10,775 bases of DNA, from the NCBI GenBank assembly GCA_041946805.1, contig JBHGBC010000186.1, positions 1-10,775 of the forward strand, given 5' to 3'. Shown here in pieces: positions 6,228 through 10,775 of this stretch; position 1 is the stretch's first letter, and each line of letters starts with the position of its first letter. Source of the DNA: a bacterium (GTDB lineage: Bacteria; Hinthialibacterota; Hinthialibacteria; Hinthialibacterales; Hinthialibacteraceae). The notes beneath the pieces were generated by a model that searched no databases, was not told the origin of the DNA, and worked only from the letters and a program-made list of their open reading frames with translations. Position numbers and translations under genes: made by a program.

Positions 6228-9200
6228 ATGAGTGAACTGAAAACGATTTTGAAGACCTGCAAGCCACGGCCGGATGTGGAATTAGGAACCACGAAGGACG
6301 AGCAATTTGCCGCCGATCTGGCACAGGTTGTCAACCACACCGCACCTCCGGAGTACTGCGATCCTGCGATATTCTTTCAGTATTCCTACCCGACCAAGGG
6401 GCTCAAGGAATTGCTCAAGTCGGTATGCAAACGCATCTCCGGACGGGGGGGAGAAGTCGCTTCCATCATGCGCCTGCATACCCAGTATGGGGGTGGAAAA
6501 ACCCATGGGCTGATCGCCTTGGTACACGCCGTCCGGGGCATGCAAGGTGTCCCCAACGTCACTGAATTTATCGATCCCGAATTAATTTCTACAACAGCGG
6601 TCCGGGTCGCGGCCTTGGATGGTGAAAACAGCGATCCCGCCAACGGATTACGGTTGGAAGGCAATTTACGGGCTTATAGCCTCTGGGGGGAACTCGCCTA
6701 CCGCCTGGCCGGCGTCAAGGGTTACGAGCGGGTCAAGGAGTCGGACCTGAAGCATATCTCTCCCGGGGCGGAAACCATCCGGGAGTTGTTTGAAGGACAA
6801 CCGGCACTGATCCTGCTTGATGAGATATCGGTCTATCTACGAAAAGTGAATGCGAAAGATCCCAACGCGGCAAACCAAATCACCCCTTTTCTGCATGCCT
6901 TGTTCAAAGCGGTCGAATCCTCTCCCCAGGCGACCTTGGTTTTGACCCTGGCGGTCGGTAAAGACGATAAAGCCGCGAGTGCCTATAAGGATGAACATGA
7001 GAAAGTGATGACGGCCTTGGATGAAGCCGAAGAGGTGATCGGCCGGAAGGCGCTTCTCTTGAATCCCACCGAAGAAGACGAAACGTCCAACGTGTTGTGC
7101 CGCCGGTTGTTTGAATCGGTGGACCGGAATGCCGCGGACGAGGTGATTGATGCCTATATCAAAGCCTGGAATCTGAATCGCGCTAACATTTCCGAAATCG
7201 CCCTGGCGCCGGAGATCCGGGAACAATTCCGGCGGGGGTATCCCCTCCATCCCGAAACCCTTGAACTTCTGACGAAGAAAACATCTTCGCTCAGCAATTT
7301 CCAAAGAATCCGGGGGATGATCCGCTTGTTGGCCCGAACGGTCCATGTCATTTGGCGGGACAAGCCGGCGGATGTCTACGCGATCCATCCGCACCATATC
7401 GACCCCTCGTTTGGTCCCATCCGGGATGAACTGACCGTGCGGTTGGCACAGCATGAGTTTGCCGCGGCTTTGAAGGCCGATGCCGCCGCCATGCCGAACG
7501 ATGAGCCCTCCGTGGCGCAAAGTCTGGATCAGAAATACTACCCGGGACAGGTTCCCATTACCTCGTACATCGCGCGCACCATTTTCTTGAACTCGCTGGC
7601 GTTTGGCGATTCCGCCCGCGGGATCAACCAGGACCGCCTCAATTTCTCGATCAGCTCGCCCATCCTCGAACCAAGTTTCATCGAACAGGCCCGCGTGCGT
7701 TTTCTCCAAGAGGCATTTTATCTGGATGACCGTCCCGGGGCGGCCATGCGGTTCATGGTGGAACCGAACCTCAATCAACTGATTCGTAAACACATGGAAA
7801 ATGTGGACTCCAATGAGGTTCGTGACCTGCTGCGGGAGTGTGTCCGGAACGTCTTGGGCGGGAAAAACACCCCATTCAACGTATTTTTCTTCCCCGCCGG
7901 ACCGTACGAAGTTCCGGATGAGGTAGGTGACGGCCGTCCGGTTTTGATCGTCCCTTGGTACGAGGCCCTCAAGGTCACTTCGGAAGCCACGGTGCCATCC
8001 GAAATTATCGATATCTACCGGCACAAGGGGACTCAGCAGGATTTCCGCGATTTTCGGAACAACTTGATTTTTCTGGCCGCCGACGCGCGGAAAATCGAGA
8101 ACATGAAAGACCGGATGCGCCGCCGGATGGCTCTCGAGAAACTTCTAAGGCCAGAAAATAATAGCCAATTAGCCAAACACCAGAATGAAGTGGTTCGGAA
8201 AGAATATGATGGATCGCATCTCACAACAGCCTTAGCCATCTTGCATTGTTACCGTCATTTGTATTATCCCTCCCATCATTCCGCTCCTGGCTGTGAGGAA
8301 CTGATCGCCCATTCGGTGATCGAAGTCACTCAAGCCAGTGACAGTCCGGGTGAAGGACAAAAGCACATCCAACGCGTTTTGCGGGACCAGAAAAAGATCC
8401 TGGATGAAAACGACGCGCCTGACGCGCCCGCCTTCGTCCGGGACCAGACGCCCCTGAAAATCAAGGGGGAAATCTCGACTCTGGATCTGCGCAATGAATT
8501 TCGCCGGGCCCCCAAACTCTCGATCCTCCTCTCCGACGTTCCCCTGAAAAATTGCATCCGGCAGGGAATCGAGCAGGATGTATTCATCTACCGGGAAGGC
8601 AACCAGGTTTGGGGGAAGGGGGATCCCACCCCCTCGATCAAGATCGCGGACGACGCGTTCGTTCATACCCTGGCCGATGCCAAGCAGAAAAAGCTGTGGC
8701 CGCGGGCTGAACCCCTGGAGATTCATTTGGTGGTAGAACCCGCCCAAATTACCGCCGGGGAGTCCGCCCGGCTGAAGGTGAGCGTCTCCGGCGGTGTCGG
8801 TCCCTACACTTACAGCAGCAACGAGCCCACATTGGCTCTCGCGCATACAACGCAGACGGCTTTGACCGCGGAAGTTACTCCGGCCGAATCGATCATTTAC
8901 CTGATCGAAGTCTCCGATTCCCGGGGGCAGAAAAAAGAGGCACGAGCCCAACTGTTGGTCGCGAAAAAAGATGGCGACAAGCCGGAACCGCCCAAGCCTC
9001 CTCCTCCCTTGCCTCCCAAAATCACGAATTTCAAAGCCGAGGGCCCCTTGGCGCAAGCCCTGACGGAATTGTGGGAAAAAATCCGCAAAGCCAAGGTGCC
9101 GTCCATCCAACAACTCACCGTGCATCTCTTCGATCCGCCGGTGACGTGGAAAGTGCATCAAGCCATGATCACCCGCCGGGACGCGAAGGTGCAGTGCCAG

Positions 9201-9470
9201 TTGGAGGTCTCCCTTCAGGGCGAGGGGATCGAATTATTCGAGGTGAATTTCAAGGGAGATATCGAAAAAGCCAATCCCTTCAAGACCTTCCTGGATCAAC
9301 AGATCCGGGCCGCGAAAGACCATCAGTTCGAAGCGGTGTACTATCTGAACTTTTCGGAGGGCTTGGCCATGGAAGGTGCCGCGCCCGAAGAGTTACAAGA
9401 TAGTCTGACGAAATATGGAACCAGTGAAGCCTATGTGGAGGCGTATGCCATGCCACCCCGGGAGGCTTAA
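6228..9470 (+). CDS. DUF499-family AAA+ ATPase of a restriction-like (DUF499/DUF1156/SNF2) defence system
   Basis: CKPRPDV...FAADL...FFQYSYPTKGL N-terminus; Walker A TQYGGGKTH; Walker B LILLDE; LCRRLFE, YPLHPE, NFQRIRGMIRLLA, EPNLN and NNLIFLAAD. True start is likely ATG6228 (GGGGTGA RBS), giving 1080 aa. The 5955 extension looks non-coding. Confidence 0.92.
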   Translation: MSELKTILKTCKPRPDVELGTTKDEQFAADLAQVVNHTAPPEYCDPAIFFQYSYPTKGLKELLKSVCKRISGRGGEVASIMRLHTQYGGGKTHGLIALVHAVRGMQGVPNVTEFIDPELISTTAVRVAALDGENSDPANGLRLEGNLRAYSLWGELAYRLAGVKGYERVKESDLKHISPGAETIRELFEGQPALILLDEISVYLRKVNAKDPNAANQITPFLHALFKAVESSPQATLVLTLAVGKDDKAASAYKDEHEKVMTALDEAEEVIGRKALLLNPTEEDETSNVLCRRLFESVDRNAADEVIDAYIKAWNLNRANISEIALAPEIREQFRRGYPLHPETLELLTKKTSSLSNFQRIRGMIRLLARTVHVIWRDKPADVYAIHPHHIDPSFGPIRDELTVRLAQHEFAAALKADAAAMPNDEPSVAQSLDQKYYPGQVPITSYIARTIFLNSLAFGDSARGINQDRLNFSISSPILEPSFIEQARVRFLQEAFYLDDRPGAAMRFMVEPNLNQLIRKHMENVDSNEVRDLLRECVRNVLGGKNTPFNVFFFPAGPYEVPDEVGDGRPVLIVPWYEALKVTSEATVPSEIIDIYRHKGTQQDFRDFRNNLIFLAADARKIENMKDRMRRRMALEKLLRPENNSQLAKHQNEVVRKEYDGSHLTTALAILHCYRHLYYPSHHSAPGCEELIAHSVIEVTQASDSPGEGQKHIQRVLRDQKKILDENDAPDAPAFVRDQTPLKIKGEISTLDLRNEFRRAPKLSILLSDVPLKNCIRQGIEQDVFIYREGNQVWGKGDPTPSIKIADDAFVHTLADAKQKKLWPRAEPLEIHLVVEPAQITAGESARLKVSVSGGVGPYTYSSNEPTLALAHTTQTALTAEVTPAESIIYLIEVSDSRGQKKEARAQLLVAKKDGDKPEPPKPPPPLPPKITNFKAEGPLAQALTELWEKIRKAKVPSIQQLTVHLFDPPVTWKVHQAMITRRDAKVQCQLEVSLQGEGIELFEVNFKGDIEKANPFKTFLDQQIRAAKDHQFEAVYYLNFSEGLAMEGAAPEELQDSLTKYGTSEAYVEAYAMPPREA

Positions 9471-9961
9471 TGATGAGCGGGAGAAGCACCAGGTCGAAAA
9501 ATTCATCCGGCAACAGTTCAGGATCAGAATACGGCCCACAATACGAATTACGGCTTTCAGTCAAACAGGCCAGTGAGTGGCAGATTGCCATCTGGCAGTT
9601 GCCTACTCCCTCCACCCCCCGGCTGAAAATCCCCGAACATGTCGCCACGCTCAAGGGCGCGCCCCTGCGGGTTTTGGAATCGCGCGTTCTGAAACGGATG
9701 GCCCGGGCCAATATTCGCCCCGGGAGTCTCAAGGCGGGGAAAAAGGATGCCTGGCCTTTGGAAGAAGAAGACGCCTTGTATTTCGGACTTCTGTTCCGGA
9801 CCCTGGCCCCCATGCGCAGCCTGGACCGCATCCGGGAGGTGGCGGACGGGATCGAAGCCATGAGCCGTGAAGAATCGGCCTACTGGTTGGGCATGGCCCT
9901 GCACCGGGAAAAGCCCCGCCGGGTCCTGGCCGCGCTACGGTTGCTGCTCACCATGGCATAA
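9470..9961 (+). CDS. Small partner protein of the DUF499 system (positional equivalent of DUF3780)
   Basis: TAATG overlap with the ATPase stop indicates translational coupling. 163 aa with LEEEDALYFGLLFRTLAPM...GIEAMSREESAYWLG...RRVLAALRLLL. Sits between the DUF499 and DUF1156 genes. Confidence 0.8.
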   Translation: MMSGRSTRSKNSSGNSSGSEYGPQYELRLSVKQASEWQIAIWQLPTPSTPRLKIPEHVATLKGAPLRVLESRVLKRMARANIRPGSLKAGKKDAWPLEEEDALYFGLLFRTLAPMRSLDRIREVADGIEAMSREESAYWLGMALHREKPRRVLAALRLLLTMA

Positions 9962-10007
9962 CCATTTCTTTATGAATAACACCCGTAATCAGGAATCGAA
10001 GGTCAGG

Positions 10008-10193
10008 ATGAAAAGGCTTCCACAACGGCCACCCTTGGCGGGAAGATTGATACAAGGATTGAATGAAGCGATCCAATTCACCCAGGGTAAATTGAATTTG
10101 ATAACAACCACCGTTGAGGTTCAGGATCCAGCCAAGGAAAACGCATCGGTTAAAACCAGCCGATCCCGCATGCCTGAACATCGTTCTAACTGA
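10008..10193 (+). pseudogene. N-terminal fragment of a NadS/HigA-like XRE antitoxin/regulator, lacking the HTH
   Basis: RLIQGLNEAIQFTQGKLNLITTTVEV resembles the N-terminal LxxGLxEAIxxxxG segment of these antitoxins. No IxxIRxxLxxSQxxFA helix-turn-helix follows in any + frame. Alternative start ATG9972. Confidence 0.45.
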
Positions 10194-10222
10194 GTCAAAA
10201 AAAATCTATCGGGAGTATTTCC

Positions 10223-10771
10223 ATGCCTTCCACCTCCACCCGGCCGCGCCTCCTCATCGAGGAATGGCTCCCCATCGCCGAAATCGGGGAAGAAAGCGTT
10301 CGCGAACGCCGTTCGATGACCGCGCTCCCGCCTACTTATTATCTTCACGTCTGGTGGGCGCGGCGGCCGTTGGTGGCGTGCCGCGCGGCGATTCTCGCTA
10401 GCCTGCTCCCCGCCGAGGCCGACCGCGAACTGTTCCTCCATACCCTGGGCATCCACGGGGATCCGGTGGCAGCGAGAAAAAGAATAGAACAAGCCACCAA
10501 AGATAATATCCGATTGGGTAAAGATGCTTATGGATATAATAGAGCCTTTAAGTACAATCCTCCGGAAGGAGAAAGAAACTGGATTAAAGACTCAATAAAA
10601 ACTGTTTTCAAAACAAGTGATCCCCTAATCCTGGATCCAACATCAGGTGGTGGAAGTGTTCCATTTGAAACTATAAGATCTGACGCCCCGGTAAAAAGTC
10701 ATCCATGTGATTTAATCTGCATTTCCGGTTTCTCATGCATTTGGGAGTCTGTTGGACCTCCTTGGGGATGA
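10223..10771 (+). CDS. DUF1156-domain adenine-specific DNA methylase, N-terminal part (apparently truncated at ~10680)
   Basis: RLLIEEWLPIAEIGEESVRER...LHVWWARRPLVACRAAILASLLP is the DUF1156 signature, followed by SAM-binding motif I LILDPTSGGGSVPFE. GGGAG RBS at 10211-10215. After ETIR the expected LG...DLNPVA is absent in all three + frames. Confidence 0.88.
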   Translation: MPSTSTRPRLLIEEWLPIAEIGEESVRERRSMTALPPTYYLHVWWARRPLVACRAAILASLLPAEADRELFLHTLGIHGDPVAARKRIEQATKDNIRLGKDAYGYNRAFKYNPPEGERNWIKDSIKTVFKTSDPLILDPTSGGGSVPFETIRSDAPVKSHPCDLICISGFSCIWESVGPPWG

Positions 10772-10775
10772 ACCC
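10682..10775. mobile_element. Possible end of an IS or other inserted element interrupting the methylase
   Basis: Methylase similarity is lost abruptly at GACGCCCCGGTAAAAAGTC (10682-10700), which looks like a terminal inverted repeat. The other end and any transposase are outside the window. Confidence 0.4.

Noticed and set aside
6837..9861. Long minus-strand ORFs (6837..8024, 8232..9161, 9280..9861)
   Set aside because: Antisense shadows of GC-rich real genes, with no recognisable motifs.
1..10775. CRISPR array, tRNA/rRNA, integrase, reverse transcriptase/retron
   Set aside because: No regularly spaced repeats, RNA gene signatures or relevant protein motifs were seen.

Overview
A defence-island-like accessory region with several genes that look broken. 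From left to right: (i) a ~200-bp prophage-like remnant holding two gene fragments; (ii) an intact minus-strand MNT nucleotidyltransferase/HEPN pair; (iii) an AT-rich promoter region ahead of a gene that, after two single-base frameshift corrections, reads as the N-terminus of a large mobile-element adenine methylase(/helicase) and stops at ~2138; (iv) a lower-GC, minus-strand ~1178-codon SIR2 + DUF4020-like defence sirtuin (Dsr1-like), split by one in-frame TGA at 3968-3970; (v) a divergent restriction-like operon of DUF499 ATPase (with an Ig-like module), a small coupled partner gene, a truncated antitoxin-like mini-ORF and a DUF1156 adenine methylase that loses family similarity at ~10680, possibly at an IS end. 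All family assignments come from motifs recognised by eye; no searches were run.
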